The position numbers and the translations under genes were made by a program. Shown here piece by piece: positions 24,333 through 37,149 of a stretch of DNA of 64,000 nucleotides (positions within the stretch are counted from its first letter, which is position 1; each line of letters opens with the position of its first letter). The stretch is taken from the NCBI GenBank assembly GCA_964035575.1, contig OZ037837.1:62001-126000 (forward strand), written 5' to 3'. The DNA comes from Rhynchopus sp. YZ270_cl-10. Lineage: Eukaryota. The notes under the pieces are model-generated. The model was not told the DNA's origin and made no database searches. It saw nothing but the letters and a program-made list of their open reading frames with translations.

Positions 24333-25781
24333 TCACCATCTCGAGTCCTCTGATTCCACCTCGTACGCCACGCATGCCCAGTCATCTGCTGTGCCCTGCC
24401 CATAGCCTCCCCAGGGCCCCCAGCTACCGCATCTCCAGACATCTGATGAACCATCGCCTTCCCAGGTATCGTATCCCCCCTCGTCCACCACACAAGCAAG
24501 CTCATCAGGTACACATGGACGGATCATATAACCCAACGCGTCGAAACGCACACCGTTGATCAGCACCTCCGCAACTGCCTTGGGGTCCAGTCCTGGGCCA
24601 GGGAGTGCCGTCACCACCCCAGTCATCCCCTTCGGCACAACCTGCCCACGCTTTTCACCCTCAAGTCTGACAAGCGACTCCACACGCATGCCCACACGGT
24701 ACATTCTACATTTCTGTTTCTTTGTCTGTGTCAGAACAACTGATGCTGCTATGTTCAGCCACGCCAAGCTCTCTCCTTCTGCAATCGGTTTACCTCTGAA
24801 AGTCATGTCGAAGCAGTCTTCACGCAACCCCTCTGCAGACGCCACCTTCCGACGCAAGTCCCTTACCGTGTCATGTACACTCAGCTCAATATCGTGTTCC
24901 TTTCCATACAACCCCCGCACATGGACAGACACATGCACAGCAAGCGCTGACTTCTTGGTAAGGGCATCGTGCACGTTCGAAACAGGCATATTCAGGGAAA
25001 ACGTCATAGCACCAGCGAGGTGCCAGCAAAGCACCTCTGCCATGGTCTTGATTCTCTCGCTTTCGATGCTGACCATGCTCAAAACTGCCTGCGACTCTGT
25101 GACCGCACGCAGAACCTGGTCGTCCCCAAGCTGGAGCACCTTCTCGCACTCAGCAATCATGTGTCCTCTCTGTGCAATTTGCGTCTTCAGTGCACACACC
25201 TTCCCTTCACGACAGAGTGCTTGTGTGAGGAAGCTCCGTGCCACCTTCTCCTCACACACGACTTCGCTGCGCGACACATCCTCACGCATCACGAGGTGTC
25301 CGACGTGTGTCTGAAGGAGAAGGTCTTTGTACCTGTCCTCCGTGGGTGGGAGTGCCTCAATCTCACGGCACTTCTCCTCTGCACCAGTCTGCTGTGCTGT
25401 CATGTCTGCCACATGCGAGCGGAGGGTGTTGCGCTGGCGTTTCATGTAGTCTGTGATGTCAACTGTCTTGTGACCCGCATGTGTGTCGCACTTGTCGCAG
25501 CGCATGCAGATCAACGCGTCTCCACAAGCAGGGTTTAGACAGACGAGGCACAGCTCTTGTCCCGAGTGATGTGCACACTTCGACGACGTCCCGTACGCAG
25601 TCACAGAAGCGAGATGTGTCTCACGGTCGCGTGGCCTTGGGTGGCAAGCATCGTAGCACGCAGGTGTGTAGCAGAAGAACATCTCCGTGCAGATCCCGCA
25701 CTGCAGCTGTGCAGGCTCGCCACAGTTCTCACACTCTCCGCTGGGCATCTGTGGTGCGGTGGGCTGCGTGCCAGACTCCAT
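24333..25781 (-). CDS. B-box/B-box/coiled-coil/Ubl/SH3-like protein (RING-less TRIM-like) with a W/G/D-rich tail
   Basis: 482-aa ORF; two B-boxes, coiled coil, Ubl (DTVRDLRRKVASAEGLREDCFDMTFRGK), beta-rich YRVGMRV...GVVTAL...AEV domain. Confidence 0.8.
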   Translation of the reverse strand: MESGTQPTAPQMPSGECENCGEPAQLQCGICTEMFFCYTPACYDACHPRPRDRETHLASVTAYGTSSKCAHHSGQELCLVCLNPACGDALICMRCDKCDTHAGHKTVDITDYMKRQRNTLRSHVADMTAQQTGAEEKCREIEALPPTEDRYKDLLLQTHVGHLVMREDVSRSEVVCEEKVARSFLTQALCREGKVCALKTQIAQRGHMIAECEKVLQLGDDQVLRAVTESQAVLSMVSIESERIKTMAEVLCWHLAGAMTFSLNMPVSNVHDALTKKSALAVHVSVHVRGLYGKEHDIELSVHDTVRDLRRKVASAEGLREDCFDMTFRGKPIAEGESLAWLNIAASVVLTQTKKQKCRMYRVGMRVESLVRLEGEKRGQVVPKGMTGVVTALPGPGLDPKAVAEVLINGVRFDALGYMIRPCVPDELACVVDEGGYDTWEGDGSSDVWRCGSWGPWGGYGQGTADDWACVAYEVESEDSRW

Positions 25782-27996
25782 GTTGTGTGTTTCGAAGAGG
25801 TGGGAGGGTGTAGGGGTGTCTGGAAGGGGTTGGGTGGGTGCATGGGATAGAAATAGAGTGTGGGGGACAAGGCCAGAGACCTCGAGTGTTAATTCGTGCC
25901 AAAGAAGTGTTGTTGGTGTTCTTGCAAATCATAAACAATCCCTTTCATTTGCTTCTCCTTCACATAACAGCTTGCTCCAGTGGTGCTGTGGGGGTGTGAT
26001 TGAGAACAGGTGTGGTTACCCCTAGCAGTCGGAACATTGCCCATAGTGGGGGTACTCGCGTCACAGCTGACGACCCTGATGGGCAGCATGGCCTAGCTCC
26101 GCTGCCACTTCAAACATCCTGTAGCATGTGTTCACGCTTTTGGGGCACACCAGCACCATGTGACCCAGTGTGCGTTGCAAGGGCGGGAGTGGATGTGGAG
26201 GGTGTGTGAGTTAGGTTAGGGGCTTTGAGAAAGGTCGGCAGATTAGCAGACGACAAGGTTACAAAAAGAAAGGGTGTGTGTGGAGGGGTGTTTACTTTTT
26301 ATTATAAAAAACGTTCTCTATTTGCGAACAACAAAACACAACCAACTTTTGCCGAACACGACGTGTCACAGTAACTTAAAAAGTGTCACATTGTCGTTCC
26401 CTCACCCCCCGTGGACGCTTCCACACACACTATCTCTCACCTGTTGGGTGGTGTTGCGGAGCACGGTTTGGTGAACAAAAACGACGTGACACTTTCCGCT
26501 CACAAAGTAGTGTGTGTATAAAAATAAAATAAAAACGCGATGTACTCCTCCTCCCCTGCCATGAGACGCCATGAAGCGCAGGGGAAACACCGCGTGAGTG
26601 TTGCAGCAACAAAAGCAAAGCTGTGCAGTGCAAAAGCAGGGCGCAGGCACGACACGCTCCGAGCGCAATAAATGTAACGTGGTGCACCAAGTACTCCGAA
26701 GGTGTAAATCCCGATGGAGAAACAATGCTTGGCTCCCTTTCCTACCTGTACAGTTGTTATGAGGGGTGTTCGGCTGCCGCCCCGCTACCACTCTCGGAAC
26801 GTATCTTTTTTGAAGAAAAAAAGGGACTTTTTTTCCCCCTTGAGCACAACCTTGTTGCTCCGAGGGTTACACCCCTGGGTTGGGGACCTTTGTCCTGTAC
26901 AAACGTTGTCACAAACCCAAACCTTGAAGGTGGGCATACCTGGTCGCACATACGACTAGCCCAAGGGATCACCAAAATAGTCCATAAATGCACCAGAAAA
27001 TCTCTACAGAGACTTCCCTGATGTTAAGATACTTTAACAGATGAAAAGAGGGGGAAAAGGATAAAAACAGCAAAAAACGTTGTGTAAAGGTTTTTTCTGT
27101 CAAGTGTTTTTGCGTGTTTTTGACGGAGAAGACAACAGTTTCCGATAAAAGTCTCCTGCGTCGGTTTTCACTTTCACAAAAAAAAAACTGAATCTTCGTA
27201 TAAAAAAAGACTCAAAAATAACGCTCGTGTTGAACTGAAAAATAGAAACTTAACACTTATCTGTCACTGTTATCACAAGAAAAAACCTATGGGAGAGGTT
27301 GTGGTGAACCGCGCACAACGTTGACCTGTTTGGTGAGGTCTGGCTCTTAAGAGTGGTTCCTCCCCAGAACCGCAAAAGTGTGTTCACAATGTTCGAAATG
27401 CTATGTTTCCATCACACAGATACGCTACAGTCAGAGGTGCTGGGCACTCATAAGAGAGCACAGCTGAGAGTTCTGTTCAGAGCGCAAAAGCGTGACTTTT
27501 CCATGCAAATCGGGAGGTGTGGGGGCATACATAAAAAAGGGGGTCAAATAAAAGTGAGTCAGGTCTACGGACCTTCCTTCCAGAGGGGAAACATGTGGGA
27601 AAAGATAGAAATTTCAAAATGTGCTTCTTGTGCACATCAGAAAAAGAAAATGGTTTGGAAAGATGAACCTAAGCTTGTGCTTACCGCAAAAAGTCATGCA
27701 CAACCGATTCCAGGGGGTTGTGGACACCTGTGGAGCTCAGACCCCACAGAACACCAAAAAACTAGTGCATTGAGATTTACCTATAATTATGAATGTTTCA
27801 CTTTTTTTGAAAATACAGAGACTTAAAAAAGAGAAGCAGAAAAACATTGTTTTTTTCGAGAAAAGATTATCGGTCCAGTGTTTTTGTGCATTGGACGAGA
27901 AGAAACTTTCCTGATTGAGAGTTCAGCACCGCACATGTTTGAGGGGGTCAGGTGGTTGCGGTGGATGGTGGGTGTGTCACGTGGTGATCCACAAGG

Positions 27997-29322
27997 TCAC
28001 CTCTCCTTCCTCTTGGCCACCCAGGTAGATTGGCCCCGCCCATCGCGTACATCGGAACATGGACGGATCATGTCACCCAACGCGTCGAAGAGCATATCGT
28101 TGATCCGCACCTCCGCAACTACGTTGGGGTCCTCTCCTGTGCCAGGGAGTGCCGTCACCACCCCGGTCATACCCTTCTGTACGACCTGCCCAGGCTTATC
28201 CTTGCAAAGAAGCTTTACAAGCGCCTTGACACGCATGCCCACATGGTACATGTCACCTTTCTGTTCCTCTGTCTGTGTCACAAGAACCCAGTCACCCATA
28301 AGCCGCGCCACGAGATCCTCTTCTGCAATGAGTTTACCTCGGAAAGTCATCTCGAAGCAGTCTTCAGACAGCACCGCTGCAGACGCCATCTTCCGACGCA
28401 AGTCCCTGACCGTGTCATGTACACTCAGCAAAATCACGTGTTCCTTTCCATACAATCCCCGCACATGGACAGACACGTGCACAGCAAGCGCTGACTTCTT
28501 GGTTAGGGCATCGTGCACGTTCGAAACAGGCAGATTCAGGGAAAACGTTGCTCGTGGGGGTGCAGCACCCACAAGGCGGTGCCAGTCTCCACTCGCTGCT
28601 GTCATGGTGTCGCTGCTCCGCAAAACAGCCTGCGACTCTATGACCGCACGCAGCACCTGGTCGTCACCAATCTGGAGCACCTTCTCGCACTCAGCAATCA
28701 TGTGTCCTGCCTTCGCAGCAAAAGTCTTCAGTGCACACACCTCCCCTTCACGACTGAGTGCATGTGTGAGGAAGCTCCGTGCCACCTCCTCCTCACACAT
28801 GACTTCGCTGCGCGACACATCCTCACGCATCACGAAGTGTCCGACGTGTGTCTGAAGGAGAAGGTCTTTGTACGTGTCCTCCGTGGGTGGGAGTGCTTCA
28901 AGCACACGGTACCCGCCCTCTGCAGCTGTCTGCTGTGGTGTCAGGTTTGTCACGTGCGAGCGGAGGATGTTGCGCTGGAGTTTCATGTACTCTGTGATGT
29001 CAACTGTCTTGTGTCCCGCATGTGTGTCGCTCTTGTCACAGCGCAGGCAGATCAACGCGTCTCCACACGCAGGGTCTACACAGACGAGGCACAGCTGTTG
29101 TCCTGGGTGCTGTGCACACTTCGACGACGTCCCGTACGGAGTCACAGAAGCGAGATGTGCCTTACGGTCACGTGCCCTCAAGGATGAGTGGAACACTTCG
29201 AAGCACGCAGGTGTGTCGCAGAAGAACAGCTCTTTGCAGTTCCCACACTGCAGCTTTGCAGCCTCGCCACAGTTCTCACAGCTGGGCATCTGTGGTGCAG
29301 TGGGCTGCATGTCACACCCCAT
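27997..29322 (-). CDS. B-box/B-box/coiled-coil/Ubl/SH3-like protein (RING-less TRIM-like)
   Basis: Paralog; probable start MGCDMQP (ATG at 29322) aligned with the MESGTQP starts. Confidence 0.8.
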   Translation of the reverse strand: MGCDMQPTAPQMPSCENCGEAAKLQCGNCKELFFCDTPACFEVFHSSLRARDRKAHLASVTPYGTSSKCAQHPGQQLCLVCVDPACGDALICLRCDKSDTHAGHKTVDITEYMKLQRNILRSHVTNLTPQQTAAEGGYRVLEALPPTEDTYKDLLLQTHVGHFVMREDVSRSEVMCEEEVARSFLTHALSREGEVCALKTFAAKAGHMIAECEKVLQIGDDQVLRAVIESQAVLRSSDTMTAASGDWHRLVGAAPPRATFSLNLPVSNVHDALTKKSALAVHVSVHVRGLYGKEHVILLSVHDTVRDLRRKMASAAVLSEDCFEMTFRGKLIAEEDLVARLMGDWVLVTQTEEQKGDMYHVGMRVKALVKLLCKDKPGQVVQKGMTGVVTALPGTGEDPNVVAEVRINDMLFDALGDMIRPCSDVRDGRGQSTWVAKRKER

Positions 29323-29526
29323 GTTGTGTGTTTCGAAGAGGTGGGAGGGTGCAGGGGTATCTGGAAGGGGTTGGTACAAAGGTGGATATTGACATCATGT
29401 CGGAATAGAGATAAGCCTACGGTGCAAGCAGCATGCATTGATGATGAGGTGAAGTGTGTGGGTGGGAAGAAAGGGGTGGGCATGTTACTCATTAGCTTTC
29501 ATTTGCCATTTCCTGATGAACAATGG

Positions 29527-29775
29527 GTTGGGCAACAACGTGTGGGCCACGTTCCTGACAGACACTGAGTCACTTTCACTCTTTCAAATATGTGTTGCTG
29601 CTGAACACAAGACATAGGTGCTGTGGACATCTTCTTCGTGGAGCTGCAGCACTCATAAGCGAGGATAACGCAAAGGAACACAAAACTCTTAACGTGCACA
29701 CTTTGTTCAAAATGAAATACCCACCCTTCACTATTTATTCGTCATTTGTCTGCTGTTTGACGATCGCGTCCATCC
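29527..29775 (-). promoter_or_regulatory. dispersed upstream cassette (also 42826-43003, 45795-46130, 57314-57600); putative 5' UTR/processing module
   Basis: Near-identical block cactgagtcactttcactctttcaaatatgtg...ggacatcttcttcgtggagctgcagcactcataagcgagg upstream of B-box, MFS and LRR genes in the same orientation; function inferred only. Confidence 0.35.
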
Positions 29776-30136
29776 CAGTCTAGGTAGATGGGCCCACCCG
29801 TCGTACTCGTCCCCCGTAGATTCGCCCCACCCATCGCAGCCCGGTCATCTGAGACCATCTCGCCCACGCATCCCCAGTCACCCTATGGCGACTGCCTTTC
29901 AAATCCCAGGTCTCTATCGTCCACGCAATTAAGCTCACTAGTCGAAATGTTCGCACCAGCCCCCGTGTGGAAAGTAATTTGCAGCTTTGATTTCCTCTAC
30001 TGATTCTCCCAATTCTATTATACCAAGACACATCTCTCGTCCACGCATGATGGGCCTGCTCATCGCATCCCTAGTTATCGCACCGTCCACTCGAGGCACT
30101 CCAGCAGGCTTTTGTTTTGTTTTATTTTAGCAGCAG

Positions 30137-30187
30137 GTCCACATGGACGGATCATATGACTCAACACGTCGAAACGCACACCGTTGA
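30137..30187 (-). pseudogene. fragment of the C-terminal end of a B-box family gene
   Basis: gtccacatggacggatcatatgactcaacacgtcgaaacgcacaccgttga matches ~30595-30645 and ~24512-24559. Confidence 0.6.
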
Positions 30188-30571
30188 GTCGGGGAAGCAG
30201 TACAGATCGCATCCCTGGCTCGCCTTCGAGGCGTCGCGTTCAATGCAGACTACGGGCGTACCCCTGGACAGAACATTCGGTCACCTGAGCAGACGTCGAG
30301 GCTGCCAGTGTGTGATGGTTTATGATTATTGCCTCCGAAGTACAGAAAATGGGAGTGTCGGTGGCGGAGCACAAAAGGGTAAAATGAAAACATGGGTGGG
30401 GTCTCTGATCTATCTGTGCGACGGATATTTACCCCAACACTCCATGTTTGGCCAGGGCCTCTCCAGCGTGTCAGTTGCAAAAAAATGTACTTCTAATGTA
30501 CCCCAAAACCCGGGTTTCGGGCCACACCATTTGGGACTTATTTTTTTTCGAAGAATTCTTCATCGGATTCT

Positions 30572-31864
30572 TCAGCGCGGAAAGTCTGCAGGACGTCCAC
30601 ATGGACGGATCATATAACCCAACGCGTCAAAACGCACACCGTTGATCAGCACCTCCGCAACTGCCTTGGGGTCCAGTCCTGGGCCAGGGAGTGCCGTCAC
30701 CACCCCAATCTTCCCCTTCGGCACAACCTGCCCACGTTCCTCACCCTCAAGTTGGACAAGCGACTCCACACGCATGCCCACACGGTACATTCTACATTTC
30801 TGTTTCTTTGTCTGTGTCAGAACAACTGATCCTTCCATGCTCAGCCACGCCAAGCTCTCTCCTTCTGCAATCCTTTTACGTCTGAACCTCATGTCGAAGC
30901 AGTCTTTACGCAACCCCTCTACAGACGCCACCTTCCGACGCAAGTCCCCGACCGTGTCATGCACACTCAGCTCAATCTCGTGTTCCTTTCCATACAATCC
31001 CCGCACATGGACAGACACGTGCACAGCAAGCGCTGACTTCTTAGTAAGTGCATCGTGCACGCTTGAAACAGGCAGATTCAGGGAAAACGTTGCTCGTGGG
31101 GGTGCAGCACCCACAAGGCGGTGCCAGTCTCCACTCGCTGCTGCGATGTTGTTGATGCTCCGCAAAACAGCCTGCGACTCTGTGACCGCACGCAGCACCT
31201 GGTCGTCCCCAAGCTGGAGCACCTTCTCGCACTCAGCAATCATGTGTTCTCTCTGTGCAATTTGCGCCTTCAGTGCACATACCTCCCCTTCACGACTGAG
31301 TGCATGTGTGAGGAAGTTCCGTGCCACCTCCTCCTCACACATGACTTCGCTGCGCGACACATCCTCACGCATCACGAAGTGTCCGACGTGTGTCTGAAGG
31401 AGAAGGTCTTTGTACGTGTCCTCCAGGGGTGGGAGTGCCTCAAGCACACGGTACCCGCCTTCTGCAGCAGTCTGCTGTGGTGTCAGGTTTGTCACGTGCG
31501 AGCGGAGGGTGTTGCGCTGGAGTTTCATGTAGTCTGTGATGTCAACTGTCCTGTGACCCGCATGTGTGTCGCTCTTGTCACAGCGCAGGCAGATCAACGC
31601 GTCTCCACACGCAGGGTCTACACAGACGAGGCACAGCTGTTGTCCTGGGTGATGTGCACACTTCGACGACATTCCGTACGGAGTCACAGAAGCGAGATGT
31701 ATCTCACGGTCACGTGCCCTCAAGGATGAGTGGAACACTTCGAAGCACGCAGGTGTATCGCAGAAGAACAGCTCCGTGCAGACCCCGCACTGCAGCTGTG
31801 CAGGCTCGCCACAGTTCTCACAGCTGGGCATCTGTGGTGCGGTGGGCTGCGTGTCACACCCCAT
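30572..31864 (-). CDS. B-box/B-box/coiled-coil/Ubl/SH3-like protein (RING-less TRIM-like)
   Basis: Paralog; probable start MGCDTQP (ATG at 31864). Confidence 0.8.
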   Translation of the reverse strand: MGCDTQPTAPQMPSCENCGEPAQLQCGVCTELFFCDTPACFEVFHSSLRARDREIHLASVTPYGMSSKCAHHPGQQLCLVCVDPACGDALICLRCDKSDTHAGHRTVDITDYMKLQRNTLRSHVTNLTPQQTAAEGGYRVLEALPPLEDTYKDLLLQTHVGHFVMREDVSRSEVMCEEEVARNFLTHALSREGEVCALKAQIAQREHMIAECEKVLQLGDDQVLRAVTESQAVLRSINNIAAASGDWHRLVGAAPPRATFSLNLPVSSVHDALTKKSALAVHVSVHVRGLYGKEHEIELSVHDTVGDLRRKVASVEGLRKDCFDMRFRRKRIAEGESLAWLSMEGSVVLTQTKKQKCRMYRVGMRVESLVQLEGEERGQVVPKGKIGVVTALPGPGLDPKAVAEVLINGVRFDALGYMIRPCGRPADFPR

Positions 31865-32435
31865 GTTGTGTGTTTCGAAGAGGTGGGAGGTGCAGGGGTA
31901 TGGAAGGGGTTGGTGCAAAGGGGCAGGGACAGGTGAAGAGGTAAAAACATATTTCTAAAAATGTCCTATTTTAACACTTTCAGCCAATTGGAGGACGTGG
32001 TGGTGGGTATCACGTTATGAAGCCACATAGAAGCCACACAACTGTACTGCATTGTACTGTTTAGTTTTACTTTTTGTTTTTTATTTTTTTCAAAAATCCA
32101 AAAGAGTGCGGAGGTAACGAGAACCAAAAAAAAACCTATTCTACGCTGACAAAAAAACAAGAACCTCAACTTGACAAGGTGCTGATCCGAAAAAAAAACA
32201 AAGTGCTCGAAAGAAGTAATAGAGTTCCCATCCCACATAGGATTTCTCCATTTCTACGTATTTTCACTTAAATATAGGAATATACGACGTAAATCAGGAC
32301 TCAAATTTTATTTTACTTTTTGCACACCTCAGCGTAAAGAGCAATCCCTCATCCCTCCATGATATGTTGTATTCAAAGCTTATCGTTATGCTTACAAAAG
32401 GCACACATACATCATGTGAGACACAATTCGAAAAA

Positions 32436-34351
32436 GGGAAAATGACTATAACACCCACGTTACTAATACCCATTTACGATAATACCCACTGGGTATTATC
32501 GTAAACTTTTTGGGTATTATCGTAAACTATTTGGGTATTAGTTTTGGGTATTATCGTAAACGTTTTGGGTATTACCCAGGTACCCAGGTACGATGTGATT
32601 TAGCTGGCTACTCGCGCAAGGTATCAGAGGCGCTCGCACGCTGGTGAATGTGCAGACAAGGTATGGTTTCATCGACCCCAGAGAAAATACAATTTTCACT
32701 AAATATATGGGGGGGGGGTTTTTTTTACACAACTTTTTGCATCCCTGTCTTACATCCTCAAATTCAGGGTAACCATTTTTCTTGACAATTAACAATTAAT
32801 CTTTCTCCAAGCGACATAACTTAATTACACCCACATTTACACTCATCACAGGATCGCGAAATCTGAACTGCATCAGCGATTGCGCTTCTCCGTCTCCGAC
32901 ATTCTACACCTCAACATACGAAGACCTGGGTGGGAACATTTAGTCAGTCACTGCTATAGCCATTAACCCAGGGAGCATAGCTAGTGCAAGAAATTCGACT
33001 TTGGCAACCTTCCGGAAAGTCTGTCCTCTGCTCGCGGAGGACTAGACACAAGAAAATATTGCGTTCCCCCAGAAAACCAGTGCACATTTCACACTCCTTG
33101 TGGGTGGTCTTGTTGCCTTTTTGGTCAACAGTAATTTTGGCCCAGGCATGCTCTTGAAGCATGACAATTTAGTGTGTATGGGGCAGGGTGTTGTTTTGTT
33201 CTGAATTCTCTTTGTTATAACATCTAAGTCAATCGCGGGTGGTGGTTTGTGTAGCGTGAGGCACTCTTTTTAGCAAACTTCCTGCGGCTGCTAAAGTGTT
33301 ATTTCTTCGGATTTAACAACGTACAGCGTAACATAGTGGTTTCGCCTGGTCGACACAACCTTTGATAGATATGGGATAACCAACCCCCTTCGACCCCTTG
33401 TGGGTTCACTGAACAAGCCCTAGTGGTAGTTAAACGCGATTGACATTTACATTCCTAGAGATGAAAGAACAAGACAACACTTCTGTACCCGCGCATCAAA
33501 ATTGTGGAAAACTTTGCACCCCAAACACCCTCAACAACGCCCGCCAAAAGGCGCCCCTTGTTGCTGGGAGTTGGTTCTCATGATACCTGCACAGCGGGCA
33601 TTCCTCTGAGTCCAACGCATGTTTGGCCTGTCTGCGGCGTTGTACTTAAGGTGCACGAAGACAGGGTCTGGTGGTAAATTTTGCGTAGTACTGCGACGTA
33701 GTGCTGCGTGGGTCTGGGAATATGGGTACCTGGGTACAGGATATTGGTTGTGTAAGACATCTTCCACCATGCATTGAGGAGGGTAAGACAGTGTTCGCAG
33801 TTTCTACCTGATAGCATTACAACATTTAACTTCTCCACGGGGGTCTTGGGCCGTTCACTCGGTTCTACCTTGACTACCGGAAGATATTCTTGAGGCCTTT
33901 TTGGTCTCTAGAATATCCGGTCTTCCCGAACGGAGGCACACTTTGTGTGTTACTACGACCTGGCAATTTCCAGCAGTAGGTTAAGTAATCTTTCTTGTAA
34001 ATTGTTGGATCATTATCTCCTCAGTGCATGAATGCCCCATGTGACTGGACACTTTTGTGTTTGTCATGTGGAGCTGTGGTTGCTCTTTCACGACTTTTTT
34101 CCTGTTCCTGGGTACCTGTTCCTGGACCTGGACCTGGGTACCTGGGTACCTGGGTGCTACCCAACCTGGGTAATACCCAAAAAGTTTACGATAATACCCA
34201 AAAAGTTTACGATAATACCCAAAAAGTTTACGATAATACCCAAAACTAATACCCAAAAAGTTTACGATAATACCCAAAAAGTTTACGATAATACCCAGTG
34301 GGTATTATCGTAAATGGGTATTAGTACCGTGGGTGTTATGATAATTACCCC
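32436..34351. mobile_element. Mutator (MULE)-like non-autonomous element: long TIRs built of TACGATAATACCC repeats, 9-bp TSD TTCGAAAAA
   Basis: ttcgaaaaa at 32427-32435 and 34352-34360; termini GGG.../...CCC; TIR arms 32436-~32590 and ~34130-34351; TIR-like remnant at ~4910-4975. Confidence 0.8.
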
Positions 34352-35139
34352 TTCGAAAAACAGAGAAAATAGTAGACCTCTTGTGCTTACTAGTGATCAC
34401 CTAAAAAAATTGTTTGATTATAGACTACTATCACTAGAGAGCAGCCACGGTTTTCTTCACAGGATCCATAAAAAGTAACCACATAAAAAAAACTTGTAAG
34501 TCTCTCGTGCACAGATATTTACAAAATAGGAAAGGAGGGAGGAACCTAAGCGTGTGTGCCTGGTCCAAAAAAAAGGGGAGAACGGGGAAGTGATGACCAG
34601 ATATGTATGGCTTGTGCATGTCACAAGAAGACTGGGGAGGGGAAAATGTTTTGGTGGTTTTGCAAAAGAGAAAAAATAAAATTGCAAAAAAAAAAAAAAG
34701 AAAATTTGTGTCAGGGGCAGATGCCTGGCGTGGACCTTCTGTATGATGAAATTATGTATAAACACAGTGCCGCTTGACGCTTTGCTTCTCACCACATGGG
34801 GTGGGGAGTGCCACATAACGTAACATAACATTCTGGAATGCAGTCCATATTATGAACTGTCGCATGACAGAACAGATGAAACGTTTAAATGCGCATCGTC
34901 AAGAGGGGCTGTGGAAGCAAAAAACCTTTTATTTTTTTGGTTTTTTTTTTTGAATAAAAAAAAGCGAAAAAGATGCCTCGGTAGGTTACAGACACGTAAC
35001 AGTGAAAAGAAAAAGGGGAGGACACATCATGCCACATCGTTTAAAACTTAGTTTTCATTAGTGGAAGTGCACAGAATCGAGGAAACAAAGACTGAGCAAC
35101 ACATCAAGCATGGTCTAGCAATAAGTACTATTTCATATA

Positions 35140-35331
35140 CCGACCCTCCCCCGTGAAATTGTCCCCCCCAAAAAAAAACCGGTATTTTGCCGCCAGGGAC
35201 AATTTCAAGGGAGTCGCGGGGACAACTTTTGCTCTCCCTTCTTCACCCCAAAAACGGCCACCCCCCTACAGTACGAGATATTGACTTTTTCCCCCAGGGG
35301 GGGGGGGGACAATTTCACGGGGGAGGGTCGG
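35140..35331. mobile_element. TA-flanked MITE, ~30-bp TIRs
   Basis: TA-ccgaccctcccccgtgaaattgtccccccc ... gggggggacaatttcacgggggagggtcgg-TA. Confidence 0.85.
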
Positions 35332-36153
35332 TACATTCTTTTCTTACGAAGGCATAGGCTTGTGATAGAGGGTGCTAAAAAGAAGTACCCTTGTAATAAA
35401 TGCCAAAAGACCAAAAATGCATTTTTCCCGTTTTGCGCCAAAAAAGAAAAAAAAACGGTGAACCAGAACTCAATTCCAACTCACACAGTGGCTACGAAGA
35501 AGAATGCTAACAGAATGCTTGCGGACACTTTGTCCCACACAAAAGAGTGACACATCCACAACAAAGACAAATACCACATGGGGTGATAAGAAATGGAGGG
35601 AGGGGGGCATGGAGACAACCACGTAACATAATATTATGTGCATAAAGTATTTGGCACATCACAAATTATACGAGCTTGTCATCGAAATGAGTGGGATGGG
35701 CCTTTACCGTCAGCTGCATGGTGACCATGTGACCCGGGTATCAAGCCATACCTTGTTATGTAACAGAAAACGATGCCATGATAAGCAAACATTTGCCTTT
35801 TTTTCATGAAATGCATTGTAAAAAAAACATGGGGGAAAAAAATCATAATATTGGGTGGATTGAGCTCAATATTATTACCCAGAAAAGATACCTTCAGGAT
35901 TGGGTGCATATGGTCGTCGAGACCCTTGATCAGATATTCTGTTTGGGTTTCAATGAAAGGTTTTTATTTTATGATTACATCATTGTCATATGCCATGCAA
36001 TGCTAAAAAGGAAATTGAACACCTTCCAACTCCTTACCTTTTCTATTCTGGGGCGGGTTGGAGTAGAACCACATTTTCACCGACAGGTCGAGGTGTGTGC
36101 GTTTCACCACAACCTCTCCCTTTTGTCTTTATTGTTTGCGGGGGGGGGGGGGT

Positions 36154-37149
36154 TAGGGGATACGACTCCAGCCATTTTGGCTGGGACCAAACGCACGGAA
36201 AATTCATTTGGCATTATCTGGCCATCTCCAAGGCAACTGCGGGTGAAAAACACCCTCAGAGTGGGTCACAGGGGGCCTGTGGGTCGAAAAACGACCCAGA
36301 AGCCACCCCAGAATACAAAAAAATGGAAAAAAATAGTGAAAAAACGGCTTTTTTCACGTTTTGGCCACTTTGGGCAAAATAGCGATTTTTCGAGAAAAAA
36401 ATCAAAAACCGGGATATTTTTTGACATCACAAAGCCTCCTTTGGCACAAATATACCCCAAAAGTGGCCTGTGAGTCCATTCCAACCTGTTTTGGACATAT
36501 TTGACACTTTTGGAAGTGTTTTTTTGGTGTTTTTAGGTCAAAAAAATGCCCAAGACGTCCCCAAGACATCCCCAAGACACTTTGCACACCCCCTGTTACG
36601 GTCATATTTTTTTCGTTTTTTTGCCTGAAACCCCCAAAATACCCCTCCCGGACCCCACATAGTCCCGAATATCCATCACACACCCACTCAGAGTGAGTAG
36701 AAGCACCCCAAAAAAAATATTTTTTAAAGCCCTTCAACTTCAACATGGATGCTGCCGAAACTGAAGCACAATTTTAGGGCTAGGTATTAAAAAACGGCCA
36801 AAAAAAGTACCTAAAGTGTCCAAAACAGGTCGGAATGGACTCACAGGACCTCCCTGGGGTAGGTTTGTGCCCAAGCAGCTGTCATGACGTCAAAATTTTG
36901 CTGTTTTTTTGATTTTTTTGTCCAAAAATGGCCATTTTACCCAACATGGCCAAAACCGTCAAAAGGCCACTTTTTCACTATTTTTTTGCATTTTTTCATA
37001 TTCTGAGTCGCCCTTAGCATGAATTTTCGGGTCACAGGGTGTTTCTGACCCATTTCTGGGTGGGTATGAGGGGTGGTTTGTACGTACTTTGCGCGGAAGT
37101 CCAAAAAAGTCAAAATGCCTCAAAAAAATAGGGGTTTTGCCCCCACCTA
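36154..37149. mobile_element. degenerate foldback element with TAGG...CCTA ends in a poly-G tract
   Basis: ~36305-36500 is an imperfect inverted copy of ~36815-37005; poly-G on both sides; terminal match weak. Confidence 0.5.
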
